Below, piece by piece: positions 43,975 through 58,425 of a DNA stretch of 64,000 nt; within the stretch, counting starts at the first letter, position 1; each line of letters opens with the position of its first letter. The notes under the pieces were generated by a model. That model worked only from the letters and a program-made list of their open reading frames with translations, had not been told where the DNA came from and made no database searches. The position numbers and the translations under genes were made by a program. The DNA lies in assembly GCA_012295275.1 (NCBI GenBank), contig CM022667.1:12586001-12650000 (forward strand), written 5' to 3'. Origin of the DNA: Chrysomallon squamiferum. Its lineage: Eukaryota; Animalia; Mollusca.

Positions 43975-45985
43975 ATGTTGAGATCTTTAATCCAGAGGTT
44001 TGTTTTCTTATTATTTTTAATGTTTTATCAGTCGTCAATGTATTCGCTGACCTTGGCATTGCCGGTGTCAATTATTTTTATTTTAAGAATAAAACCTAAG
44101 GCTCTAAGACAACTTGAAAAATTTAACAAAGTTTTGTATTATCTTCCGATAATTATTTTTAAATTCATATATTTAATCATAAAATGTAATGTATGACAAA
44201 TTGTTTGACCCCAAAATCAGATTTAACTTGCTTTAACTTAGTCGTAAAAGATAAACAGAATTTGAAAACGGAACGTGACAAAAAGTTTATATTTTTAAAA
44301 ATAAAAGTAAATTAAACGTTCCAGCATTTTCTAAATATAAGATACTGACGAGTTTTAGAAATAAAATTCAATAAAGACAGTTTTATATTTTATGTGTTGA
44401 AAAATAATAAATGTATTAAAGATTTTAATTTATTTATTTATTTTAATTTATTATTTATAAATTTATTGTGAAACAGTTGTTTGAGTTGTTGTTTGATTAT
44501 TATAGTTATTATTTTTATTTCATGTATTAACAGACTGCGATACAAGATTTGCTACATTAATGTTCAGAATTTGTCCACTCAGGAAACGGCAAATGCTCTC
44601 AGACCATTTTACTTCATAGTTCATCCAGATCTGTTTGGAAAATACCCACGAGAAAGAGTAAGAGAAACATAAAACATGGATATTTAGATTTTTCTCATTT
44701 AGGATACCTAATAATAATTATAACAATACGGAAATTTGTTTATTATCCTTTTCACGTATTAAATTGGATTAGTATAGGCGCTTTATATTTAAAGGTTGGA
44801 ATATTCAGGAAGGCCATTGTTTGTGATTTTGAATAACAGTGAATGGAATCAGATGATTTATTCTCAGCTCTTAGCATTACCTAGCTGCAATAGCTATAAG
44901 ACAAGAACAAAAGATATTAATCTTTCTACATATTCAATAAAACACAGTTTTTTGTTTTTAGAATATTAATGAAGAATCTCTGAAGAAACTTCACGAATAC
45001 TTGTCATCACTGCAGAAAACAGGCTCAGCCAAACCAGCCAATATTTTATTTTATATTCGACCTCAAGAAGATGAGAAAAGCTGTAAGATAATCTCTGAGA
45101 TTTGTCTGTCTAATCTGTTACTGTGATAAAGATTAATGTTATTATCTGTTGTAAAAATATTAACTGTTTTTAATTCTGTCTTAGTTTTGAAAAAAAATTT
45201 TTTTTTTAAAAGGTGCAATTTTCTTACAATTATTATTAGTATTTTAATAATAGTAGTGATAAAAATCATTGATAATTTACTAATTTGCAGATTTAAATAA
45301 ATATTAAATTATTATTTGAATATCTACAAATTTTGTGGTTATTTTCTTGTTTTTTGTCTCTCCGAATAATAATTTAAATATTTATTAATTTGTTCGAATC
45401 AGAGATTATTAAAACTATTTTTGTGTTCAAAATATCTTTTATTTCTAGCCATTACAATAAAAACCAATCAAAATGTGTTTTTTTCATTTCTAGCTACTCC
45501 ACTGAAACCAATCAAAATATCTTTGACATCAAAAGACTTGAAAGTCACAGTAGAAAACATTCTGAAAACATGTGGCCTTCCAGTTGACTACTTAAAGAGT
45601 ATTCCTGAAAAGAACAAATCAGGGTCTCAGAATCGACCAATAAAATGGCATCCGAGTTATTACGCAGCAACAGGGATCCAGAATCCAGACGAGGCAGTCA
45701 AACAGGAGATTATCTTAACCTTCAGGTTAGTTTAAATATTTATGTTATACACACCTAATACATAATATTCACCTTCCATTCCTGTATTTAAAAAAAATAA
45801 AAAAATTAAAAATTAAAAATCACAATCATGGTTAATTGAATTAAAGAAATTTTGCACAGATTTATTTGACTTTGTATGTATTGTTAATGATCTGTTAATG
45901 ATAATGTAGCTGGAAAATTAATGACTCTGGTAGTTTTTACAATCATTTAAAAAAAAAATTATGTTTGAATCCTACGTGTGTAGTC

Positions 45986-46016
<31 letters not shown>

Positions 46017-46134
46017 GTATGTGTCAATTGCTGAGTGAATGTATAAGTATACACTTCCATGTCTTTGTCTGTCTTTTTATTGGTTTGGTCTCTCTCTATC
46101 TTTTCTCTCCCCCCTCTCTCTCTCTCTCCCCCCT

Positions 46135-46222
<88 letters not shown>

Positions 46223-49200
46223 ACTCTCCCCCTCCCTCCCTCCTTTTGTTTATGTGTATGTTTGTGTTCGTGTACACACAGTTACACACACATAATACCT
46301 ATATCTTTCTGTATATTTCTATATGTACTTATGGACCAGAACCTTCATATATTCACCATCTGTAACTAATCATTTTTGTGTATCAGGTCTTGGCTGAAAA
46401 GAAACATAGATGAGTCGCGGTCTCGGACAGTCGCAGTGAAAGACATCCAGAATGATATCATACGAATCTGTGACTCACTCAAATCATCCATCGGACTAGC
46501 AGACATCAGATGGGACAGTGTCTGGTGGAACGCTCACTTCCGAGGTTGTCTCAAAAGCTTTTACAGAATGTACAAAGAACACCCGGAAAGGATAGCAGAA
46601 GTTTTGAGAGGTTTGTGCAAAACCATTTTCATTTATATTTATATTTATATTTATATTTATATTTATATTTATATTTATATTTATATTTATATTTATATTT
46701 ATATTTATATTTATTATGTTATGTTATGTTGTTATGTTGTTACATTGTTATATTATATTTATATTTATATTTATATTTTTTGTTTGTGTATGTGTGTGTG
46801 GTTTTAGAAATAATTTATATACTTGGGGGAAGTAATACAGAAATTTTATTAATTTAATTTTAAACACTTTCCACACTGAATGTATATCTGCCGTTTCCTG
46901 GTTAGAATTTTTATTATTTAATATATGATACCCCGTTAAATAGAAAATAATAGGCTTCTTACAATTTACTGAATTACATATTTTTGACATTATAAAACTT
47001 AAGTAATTTGGTGTATTGAGCTGTTATACTTAACTATCAGACAAGACTTTAATTGAAATTAAATTTTAAAATTTGTACATATAAACTACCTTTATGCACA
47101 GGCTTCAAAACTTGAGGGATAAAAAGAAAAACAGGAATGTTGGTTAACTAATGATTCACATTTATTTTGATAATTGATTTAATCGGTCTTTTCATATTAT
47201 TATGAAGTGTTATAAAACGTTTCAGTGAATCCTAATATGAAGATTTTCTGATTTTCATGTATGTTTTATGGCAATAGCGTAATGTTTAAAAAAGTATTTT
47301 TCAGACATCCTAGATTTACATTTAGTTGAATTAATTTCTGTGCTATATGACTCATATATTAATGTGGTGTACTTATTATGTTGAATTTCAGGTCGTACTT
47401 TGGTCTTTTCCAACAATTCAGGAGTCAGTCTTCATGGAGAGATTGTTCTAAGTATTGAAGATGTCCCCACTCACTGGATGATTGTGAGTTTAATACAGCA
47501 CTGTAATAATACAAATACTTGACTACATACTTAGTTTAATTACTCATAAATCTGATTTCATATTAGCTGATGTAGTTAAAGTGAACCATAAAATATAATA
47601 TTGCATCGTGTGATATAAAGCCATAGTTGTTATTTAGTGGCAGATTCTTATCAGTTACACTGAAGGGATCATTAATATGCATTTTCCTGTAAATAGGAAA
47701 TATTCAATACCAAATGTTTTAGATTATTTTTTGTGGGAATTTCCATGTTGTATGTCTGAATTCACCATTTGTATATATATAAAGAGTTTCAAAACAAAAC
47801 ATGACATATAGCAAAATTTAAAAAAAAAAAAAAGAGTTACTGCCACTAACCTTTTTACAGTGGATAACCACATATCTTCCATTTACACCTTTTAATAAAG
47901 CACAGTTATTGTCACTGAGAAAGGTGCTTTTATTTCAAATTCAATAAGCTTTTTGTTTCAGAATAGTGTCAATGGATTTATTTAGATGTTTTTATTTGCC
48001 TATTATCATACCATCAATATGCCTGTCTCTTCTATTAGTATTTCACTTTTCATTAGTCTTTGATTTAAGTAATTCTTATACCCAGAACTTGTATTTCTTT
48101 ATAAAAATCAGCTACTAATGAGCGTTCGAGCATATGATGCTGTGTTAGAAAGATTGCCTTTTATGGAGAAAAAGCTGTCAGAGTTGTTGAACGACATTCA
48201 GATAGTGCGGAGAAAACGTCATCATCACATCATGATGGCAGAGGAGTACGAGTTGCTGCTGAATAAACTGCTGAACTCTCTGAGAAAGTGCCAGGATGTC
48301 GCCAAATCTAACCTGTTTGAAGAAGATTTGTCTCATTTAGAACTTGTTGTCGAAGGGTGAGGTTCGAATAATGTTTAAATAATGTTGATTATTATCGAGT
48401 TAAAACCAGAACAAACGTAGTAAGCAGATTCAAAGAAAACGCTGTAAAAATAAGAAATGAAATTAAATTAAAATTGTGATGTCAGTTTTTTAGTTATTCT
48501 CAAATATCAAGGCTAAAAAGAACAAAAAATTGTAAAACAGAAAATTAATGTTTATAAAACAGTTGTCAGGAAGGCATATTAAAAAAAGTAAATGTTTTTT
48601 TGCGGTGGGGGTTGATGAAAATTCAAACTTGTTGAAAAATTAAGTTCTTAAAATTAATTACTGAATTTAAGAAAATATGCAAAGAAACTTGAAAAATGCT
48701 TAAAATCCATATTGATTTCGAAATTCAGGACATTCCTGTTAACAAAAAATCTCAAAAGAATAAGGCCTACATAAAACATAATTTCACAAAACCAATATAA
48801 TAACAATAAATAATGATCATATACCAAGAGACAGTAAAACGGATGAAGTTAAAAGAAACTAAAAATTATAAAATTTTCTTTTAAAAATCAGTATAATTTT
48901 GTCCCAACTCCAATATTAAACCACTGATATTAAAACTTTATTTCTCCAGTTTTTCATTTCTCTGTTCTTTTGTCTTTCTGTTTTCCTCAGGGAGTCAGGT
49001 CCATTGGCCTTGTCATCAACAGGTCAGTTTTGGTCCCAGCGTCCATCCCTGGTTCTCTTGTCATCGACTGCATTGCAAAACACAAAGACCAAGCACATTT
49101 AATTCTGAGGGAAATACTTGGGTAACTTGTACATGTTTGTAAAACAAAATCTAATAAACAGAAAATATTACTGTTTGATCAGTCACAGAGATCCTATTTT

Positions 49201-49802
49201 TAAGTTATAATATTAAAACTGAAAGGTACTTTTTTAATAAGACAAAAACACTTTAAATATTTTTAACTGAATAATCTTAAGTATATACTTAAGCATTATT
49301 TGACAGGCAATATAATGCTTACATTTTAATGCTTGGGGTTAAATTTTTTATTAATTTCTTTTAACTTTTTATTTTATTTACTGAATTTTTTGAATTATTA
49401 CTTACTATTTTATTTATTTAATTTTTTCAATTATTACTTATTATTTTCTTAATTTCTTAATTATTATTATAAAAGATTATGCATGTTTGTTTTTTTTATA
49501 ATAAGAAAAAAACCACTTTAAAAAAAATCAAGACTTTTTATTTTTTATTTTTCAGCTCTCTACAACAGGAGGAAGCTGTTGTACAGAGGTGTTTAGAAGA
49601 CCTGCAGTTATCTTCCCTGACTAAAGATGAAAATGTCACACCTCAGCAGATGGTCAGGTGCTGTCAGAAGTTATCCCACGAGGCCTGGATGTTTGAAACA
49701 TGGCTGACGGAAGCCAGATTGCGTGTGTCGCACTACTACTCTGTGATGCAGGATGGTGAAATTTGTATTCCGTGGGACTGGGTGGGTGATACAAATTTGT
49801 GA
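43975..49802 (+). CDS. TCAIM: T-cell activation inhibitor, mitochondrial (DUF4460/DUF4461); exons 43975-43997, 44534-44657, 44962-45082, 45494-45725, 46387-46610, 47392-47483, 48112-48356, 48991-49121, 49556-49802; apparent 1-nt deletion at ~49028-49031
   Basis: NALRPFYFIVHPDLFGKYPRER..NEESLK (J-like HPD motif) and C-terminal SHYYSVMQDGEICIPWDW; basic presequence-like N-terminus. Confidence 0.93.
46630..46712. repeat. (ATTTAT)n hexamer microsatellite
   Basis: Tandem atttat in a TCAIM intron. Confidence 0.93.
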
Positions 49803-52800
49803 TACTCGTTAGTGAATATAAATTGTTTGTTTTTTTCCAGTTTTGAGGGTTTTTTTAAAATTAATATTGTTACTTTTAGAAATGGATAATAATGAAAAAG
49901 ATATTTCATGTGTAAATATTTTTTTACGTTATGAGATTTTTGGAAAATAACTTTTATGTGAGATTGTTACTGTTTGAAATGTTTGAGAATTAAACAAATA
50001 TATTCAGTTAAGATTATTAATAATGAAAAATGAGATATAAGGGGGGAAAAAAATGGAACTCATTTTAATAAATATAGTTTTCTACTTTTGTTAAAAATGT
50101 TTTTTAACATTCCCCTACAGAATATTTTAACGTTTTTATTTTAATTTTTTAATTTATGGTTTTGGTTTTCAAAATATATTTACATTTTTTTTTTTTTTAA
50201 TTCTACTTTGTTATTGTTATTATTATTTTTTTTTTTTTTATTGTTGTTTTATTTTTTGAGTGCCATCAATGTAATTATTTGTTTTCATTTTGAATTTTAT
50301 TTTAATTTTATATATATATATATATAAAGCATACCAGCTGGAGAGGCCTAATAATGCTTTGAATGACATAAATAATAGTATTTGTTTTTTTATTAAAGAA
50401 ATCCCAGAGTTTAAGTAACTAACAAAATTTATTTAGAGCTTTGATTTTTTTTAAGCTTTCATTTTATGTAAGTTGCTTTCAATTAAATTCTCTTCAAAAT
50501 AACAGGTGTACAACTTTTAATTTAATATATATATACTTTTTTTTTATTATTAACTGTTGGTTACTCTGTAATATGTATGAATAAATTGGGGTCTTTGTTC
50601 TGTTGTTTTAGAATAAAAACAATAAATACATTTTTAAAAATAAAAAAGAAATATATAAATAAAATTTAAATAAATAAGAGGTTGTGAAATGAGGCATATT
50701 TTTATATTTTAATATATTATTAAACTTTTATTATAAATTTATAGGGCAATTATGAAATTATTAATTTTGTTGAATGTTGGTTAATTGATCAAGGCATTAA
50801 AATTCATATAACAAAATTGAGTTTCATTGAAATACTTTTCTTTTCACACATCTCTAAATCTTTCACTTTATGTCTAACAGTGTTTCAAGTAGTCTAGTTT
50901 GAAAATGTATGTTATCTGCATAACAGCTTGTTACTAAAATCTTAAATGTACTGTTGTAAGAGATACTAAAATTAATTTATTTCAAAAACACATCAAACAT
51001 ACATAATTAACCAGTATGAATAATATAACAACATATTTTAGTGATGACTGTATATCAATATCTATATATATATATTTACTAAATATGTGGGCTTATGTTT
51101 AGTAAACCAGGTAGCTATTATTTCCATTTAATGTGTACAGGCCAATAGTTATGTCATAACCATAATTTACAGTCATACATTCTGATGCTAAATATATTAT
51201 TCAAGTTCATTTAATCATAATCTATTATTTTTTATTGCTTTAAACTGCTAAAGAATTAACAAAATGTATTTACTTTAAATTTATTTATATTGACAAATAA
51301 ATTGGACATTATTTTTTTTAAACATAATAGTAATACGAACCTATAAACGTTTCTTTGTCTAAGAATGGGTGACTATACTAATATATATGTATAGACATAA
51401 TTTTGATTGTGAAAACAATAATTTATTACTATTAGTATCAGAATTTATATTATAATTAGTTATTAGAGTATATCAAGAAATTATATTTTGAATTCATATC
51501 TTCAAATTTTATTTTTGTATGATATTTTTATTGTAAATGCATGAAATTGCTTTTTTAATAGACTTCTTAATAGATTTTTCTTTTCAAACTGTTCTACCTT
51601 TATTAAAATGCAACTGTCAGTATTATTATAAATAGATGTATATGTTTTAAACTGTAGTTATTTTGAATTACTCATTGTTATTATTATGTCTATATTATTG
51701 TGGATTCATTACTTTATGAATGAACTCAAATTCTGTTATAGATGATTTTTCTTTTCTCAAACTTATAACCAGTTATTATTTCATTACTAGAAATTCATAG
51801 TTCAAGAACAGATTTCTATGCAGAAGGCATACATTTTTTTACAAAAAGTGTTTTAGTAATTCCTTCTCATTACTAGTTTTGTTGTAAATAGAATCTAAGT
51901 ATGTTACTGCTGAAACAATATTCAGAATAGTGCAATGTTACCATTTTTATTATTTTTTTAATTTTTTGTATGCTTTGATATTATATTTGTCCTTAACTTG
52001 GGAGTGTGTTCTGTTTGTGTGAATGGATACATTTATTAAATAAAAATTATTTTTAAATAGTGTTTATTTAGTGATTTGTAAAGCAGGCAGCAGATACTCC
52101 GTTAGTTAACGATTGCGTTTAAATCTCAATCATGAAATTACAGGACGATTAACATTGTTAATGTAATATCATGTATTTAAAATTCAGTTATGTTCAAAAG
52201 TTTTTAATAAACTGTACAAGCAGAATAAATAATAAATTCTGATTTAGGCTTGTAAACATTTTATTTTACTTAAAAAACATTTTTCTGTTAATCGAGGCAT
52301 TATTACTGATACAAGCAGTGTTGCATTTTCTTACAAAGGATGGTTTTGAGAAAAATGTAAACTTGTTGTAATTTTGTTTTCATCTTTTTTTTCTCAATGG
52401 TTTAAACACATGACTTTTGTGTGTGCAAAAGATTCAGTCATGTCATCCCAGGAGCAGTCAATCATGACATATTCTGTTGTATTCATACAACAAAGTCTAT
52501 AGTTGTAAAAATATCCAAACTTCTAAATGATGATTATCATGCTCACAAATTACTTTTGATGGATCCAAACAACTTTTGTGATAAGATTGCACTGAAAAGT
52601 CAACTACCCTTTTTCCAAAACCCCACCCCAAAAGGAGCTATTATTTTAAATATTTTTGAATGGCGGCATGTTAAAATTAAAATTTACTATAATAAATGAA
52701 CATCTTAACAGGGTTTGACATCTAACAATGAACTTCTTGGTGCTTATTATAACCAGAATTGTTTTATGTAATATATTTTAATGACTGAGATAAACAGTTT

Positions 52801-55741
52801 ACATATTGTTTCTTTCCATTATTTTAATAATTGCCATTTTATCATTCTTTCAATTTTTCCCTTGCGTGCTTGTTTTTGAGATTGTTGCACAAATCATCTG
52901 GTAAAAAAATATAAAGAAATGCTTGTTGTGTTTAACTGTTACTATTGGTTTGAATGAATTGAAGCAGAATTTGAGTTCTAATTAAATAAAAGAAATTATT
53001 TAATATTAGATTTTGTTTTTGTTCTTTATAAAATGCAAATGGAATTTAGGTTTAGGTTTAGTTTTAGATTTTAAAATAAAATTTGTATTGCTTTAGCAAC
53101 AACAAAATTAAATGTTAATAAGTTGTAAATACAAATTTGATCAGATATCCAGAGAAACAATGGCTCCACAAAAAAGTAATTTAACATGGATCAAACAACA
53201 GCAGGGAAAAGCAAACTTGCCACTTCTATACAGATATTTATTACAAAATTATTATGTGACACTGTGAATAGCATTTCATGATTGAAAGGATAAAGAAAAT
53301 AAATTTATAAATTGCACATGTTCTCACTAAGCTGCAAGCATTATTTTGTTCATTTCTGAATTGCACTGTAAATGCTAAGTACATTTTTTAAATGATGTAA
53401 GTCTTCCACAAACAGGTGAACTTTTGCAATTAGAAATTAGTTGAAATGTGTTGAGCAATTCTCATTTCTGCCCATTCACTCCAATTTAGCAAAAGTGGAA
53501 TTAAAATAAATCATTTGAATAAAACCCCTGTTAACAAAAAAAACAAAACAACACCACAGTAAAACATTTCATTGTATTTTTATTCATTTGGTATATAAAA
53601 TTACTTGTATAAATTACATAATGTTGCAGTTTATTGTTCTAGCACTAAACACCAATATTAGTTTATGTTTATGTTACTGAAAACCGATATAGTTATGAGT
53701 CTGTTGGTGGCTTGCATGTACTTTTGGAGATATGATGAAGACAATAAACATGCAGTGCTTGTTACAGAATTATATGTGTCTGTACATGCAAGGTATTGGT
53801 GGGGGAAAAAAAGAAGAAGAGGACAAAACAGTGTTGGTTAACTTATGTGTCTGTATGACAGTGTTACAAGGATTTCGCATGCAAATTTATGACATATTTG
53901 TAAATGCATATTTTTGTATAAATAATTCCAAATAATAATAAAAATACCTATCTAAACTGTTTTATACTAAAATACCAATATACTTTTTACACAATCTGAA
54001 AATAACTGATGTTGTAAAGAACACTGCTTACAAATGTGAAAAAAAAGAAAAAAGAGGGAAAATAAGAGTGCTATCATTATTCTAAAACTTTAAAATAATT
54101 ATTATAAAGAGTATTAGTCAGCTAACAATAAAGAGGCATACCCTTGAACCAACATTAGCCACAATATCAGTTTTAATGTTAATATGCTGTGTATTAGAAC
54201 AAATGAATAATAAAATTAAAGTTAAAATCAAGCAATCTATGTATATTAATTTAATTATAGGTAAACTGGAATCAGAAAGATTTAAAAGATTTACACTAAT
54301 ATGATAACAGAACTGCTATGATAATGTATTACAATATTTATAACATAAAAAGTAATAAGAGTAAATATCAAAATAAATCCTACAAACATAATAGACATAC
54401 AGTAACGCAAACATCAAATTCTAATGATTTTCAAAAGTCTGATGTTTAATAAATAAAATAAAATAAAATCCTCACTGTTTCATAAATATACTGTCGTGAT
54501 AAATTAACATTTCCTGGACTGAAAGTCATCCATTTCCAAAAGGGATTTTAATCTGACCTATTTCCAAAGACTTACAAGCTCATATACTTTTTTTTACTTT
54601 TCAAAAAATAACAAAAAATAATTATTATTCAGCATGACCTTGGTAAAAACCACAATTTTTTTTAAATAACTGATTTGATATGAATATTTATCATTCCATT
54701 TTCTAAGAAAAGATAATTAAATTTAATCAGATATGTGACAGACACCATCAACCAGAATGACAGTTACTTTCAATATGAGTTAAAAAAATGTATATATGAA
54801 GACCATGGAAAACATTTCATGAATGAAGTATGTATATTTTTTCTGTAATCATTCCTGCAAATCAATATCTACAGGCATGCTATATTGAATAACGTGCATT
54901 AAAAATATACCATGAAAGACACAAATGAATATTAAAACATGGCTATGAACACATTTACAGTTCAGAGGTATATGTGACACAAAAATTCTCAAACAGTAAT
55001 TATGTTAAAGAAAAAAGAAAAATATAAGTTAAAAGCTAAAAGAGAATGTCTAAATGATACATTACATGATCACATAATTAGATATACAGATAAAAATGGA
55101 TAAAACCATAATGTCACAAAAGTTCAGAAAGATGGATCAGTGCTGTCAGTAAAAATAAAAATAGAGAAATGTCAAAACTGTCTTCTTGGTTCAGAATTTT
55201 AATTACTGTTACATCTAGTGGTAAATCCTCAAATCTTAACATTTCAATGTTTCTATTCTATAAAATTGAATTTTATAAAAGTGAAACAATATAAATTTTG
55301 CCAGTTTTTATAAACTGATATGAATTTAGCGATATTTCAGAAATTGTTACTTCAAAGCAAATGCATCAATAATATCCTAAACTGTCTCAAATTATGCAAA
55401 ACTTTTATTATTGTATATTCACATAAAAAAAATTCAATTTTACATGATTACAATAAAAATCTACTTTAAAAAACCAAACCAATAGTCATTTAAAGTACCT
55501 ACAACTCACTATGACAAGAAAACTTCAGAAAGAGGAGAGAAAAAAAAAAAAGAAGATTAAATAATTGGTGCTAAGAAAACAAAAGACACAGCTAAAATAT
55601 CTAATAAGTAATCAGATCAGGTTTCAAATTCTTCAAGTCACACAGTCCATCTCACATTTAATGACATCCCTCGCACTCTATCTCACAGTTTGTCTGTCAG
55701 TTTATCACAGTCCCAGTGTTGCCACACCATTGCAGCAGCTA

Positions 55742-58333
55742 CTACTTGTCTGACAGTTTGATCGGCCGCATGGCGTCTGAATGCCACAGACGGATGTTAG
55801 CCAGCGTTCGGTTTATCATGTTACACCACACAATGCGTTCTTCCTTTGTGTCAGCTGATAACAGATGCCTGTCAATCACAAAACATTTTCCAGTCAGTAA
55901 CACATATAAAAAAAAAAAAAAAAAAAAAAAATTAAAAAAAATAAATAAAAAAAAATTAAAATTAAAAATTAAAAAAAATAAATAAATAAAATGAAAAAAT
56001 TAAATATTAATAATACGACTGCTACGTGTCTTGAAAGTTTTTTTCATTTCAACGTTTAACACTAGTACTTACTTCATCGTTGTCATGGTGTTGTATGTTT
56101 TGCTGATGAGGGTGTCCTGCTCTCCACGCCGTGGCTGTCTCACTGTGACAACTTCGAACGTGTTTGGTCGTGCACAGATGTCTCTCGGAATCAAGCCCAC
56201 TTTCTCCGTTATGCATCGCTTCAGATCTATTATGCCCATGGGGTCCTTTGTGAAACAAGACGTAAAATAGTTTATAAAGTGTGAAATTAATAATAATAAG
56301 TTAAGAATTGGTATGCTTCGGGTATGAATAATAATAAAAAAATAATAACACAAAAGAGTATTTACATAACTGTATTAATACAAAAACTAGATAATTTGTC
56401 CAGCTTCCAGAAAACTTCAGTGAAATGTTGTATGCATTAAATACAATTTAATTCTTTACTTTTATTTATTACATATTTTAAATATATATTAAGCCTGGCC
56501 AGAAAAATGGAAAATCCAAGTGGTTTCCAGTGACAAGTTTGAGAGATAACTGCTCTGTTATCTGTACATTAATATACTTAAATCAAATAACAGGTTATGG
56601 TGCACAGAATGCTTCCTCCTGTCTAACAAATAACAGTTTACAGGTAACAGAGAAAATTTTTATCTGGATTAATAGCTGGGGAATACAACTGATGAATAAT
56701 ATGATTACCTTCCTAGTTTCATCATCTGGATACTTCCAAAAGCAGAGTTTATTTTTAGCCAGAACAACCCAGCGTCTGTGCCACGCCCCTAGACCACTGA
56801 CATCCTCAAACATTGTCTGTAAACAAAATCATTAAACAAATTTTAATTTCCGTTAACACAAACACATGAAAACTGTACATACAGTGTAAGGTCTCATATT
56901 AATTGAATATAATTTTCTAAAAATAACAGCAAAATATATAAATAAATAAATAAATAAACAAATAAATAATATTTTTAAATGCTCATGATAATAATAAAGA
57001 TAATGGTCAGTAAATATGCAAATAGGCAAGTCAAAAAAAGTCAACAAAAAAAAATAAAATAATAAGAATAATAATAACAGCAACAACAACAATAAAATAA
57101 GACCAATTTCGTATCTCAGAGAAAATAAAAATATACTGACCAAAAATCCCCTTTCTTCTACATTAGCTTCCATCAGACACTTCAGTCTCATGTAGATTGT
57201 ACCATGAAGAGGTGACAGATATGGCAGCTGTAAAAAATAAATAAAATACAAAAAATGAAAATATTCGATTATTATCTAATAGTTAGGATTAACTTTAAAC
57301 AAGTTTGTTACTATCACAAAGACATTAAAGAGCAGCTGTAAATATTAAAAAAAAACTTTTAAAATTAATATACAATATGATTCATTTTACATTTCTAACA
57401 CTGTCCTGAAGATACTGCAGTTGAAAATATATTAAACGTTGATTTTGTTCATGTCCATAAAGCAAGATGAGGCAGATGCATATCTACACACCACCACCCA
57501 CCATCCTCTCCACCACAATAATCACATGAAAACTTCATTTGAAACATCACTGAACTAAAATTCAAAATTGATCAGATATATAATTTGACTGGTGGTTCCA
57601 TTAAAAGTGTGTTAGTAAAGCAAGTTCTTGAATCAGTAAATTTTTTGTCTAAGTTATCTGATGAAGGAAACAAAACAAACAAACCCTCTCCAGATTAAAA
57701 CAAGTCTTGTCCAGTGATTTCATGTCCAGTGGAACTGATGTGATCAGACTGAAACTTGTCGTTCTTACAGCATTTGGTCCTCCCGGACTTTGAACTGTTG
57801 TAATAATAATAATCATATAAATAATAATAATAATAATAATAATAACAATAACAATAACAATAACAATAATAATAATAATAAAGAATAAAAGAAGAAGAAG
57901 AAGAATAACAAAATAAAAAGTGATAATAGAAAAATAATAGTGATAATAGAAAAAATAAAAACAACAATAATGTTAATGATTTGAAAGATAATGAAGCATT
58001 AAAATCCTCTTCTGGAATTACACTCCCAATAATTTTGGATTAACAAATAAAAACAAGTGAAATAAAAAAAATAAAAAAAAAATAAGGTGTGATTATAAAA
58101 CACTGTCATAGAGTCAACCTTTATGATCCATCACTGCTAGACTGTAAACAAAAAAAAACAACAAAAACACAATCATGTATGACCAGATTCTTTTACCTGA
58201 CATTCCATATCCTTTCTGTTTCTTTGGAGTTTTCTTCTTCTTCTCTTTTCCAGGGTTCTCTCTGGAAACAGACTGAAATAACAATTAACACTTTCTTAAA
58301 ACTAATCCTTATGTTCTTGACATATATATAAAA

Positions 58334-58370
<37 letters not shown>

Positions 58371-58391
58371 AAATAAATAAATAAATAAATA

Positions 58392-58425
<34 letters not shown>

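Noticed and set aside
49803-55741. 6-kb gap between convergent TCAIM and anillin with short ORFs (52421-52699, 53732-53935) and a tttagg repeat near 53045
   Set aside because: No splice-supported coding signal or RNA gene was recognised; consistent with long AT-rich 3' UTRs and intergenic DNA. The telomere-like repeat is only 2-3 units.
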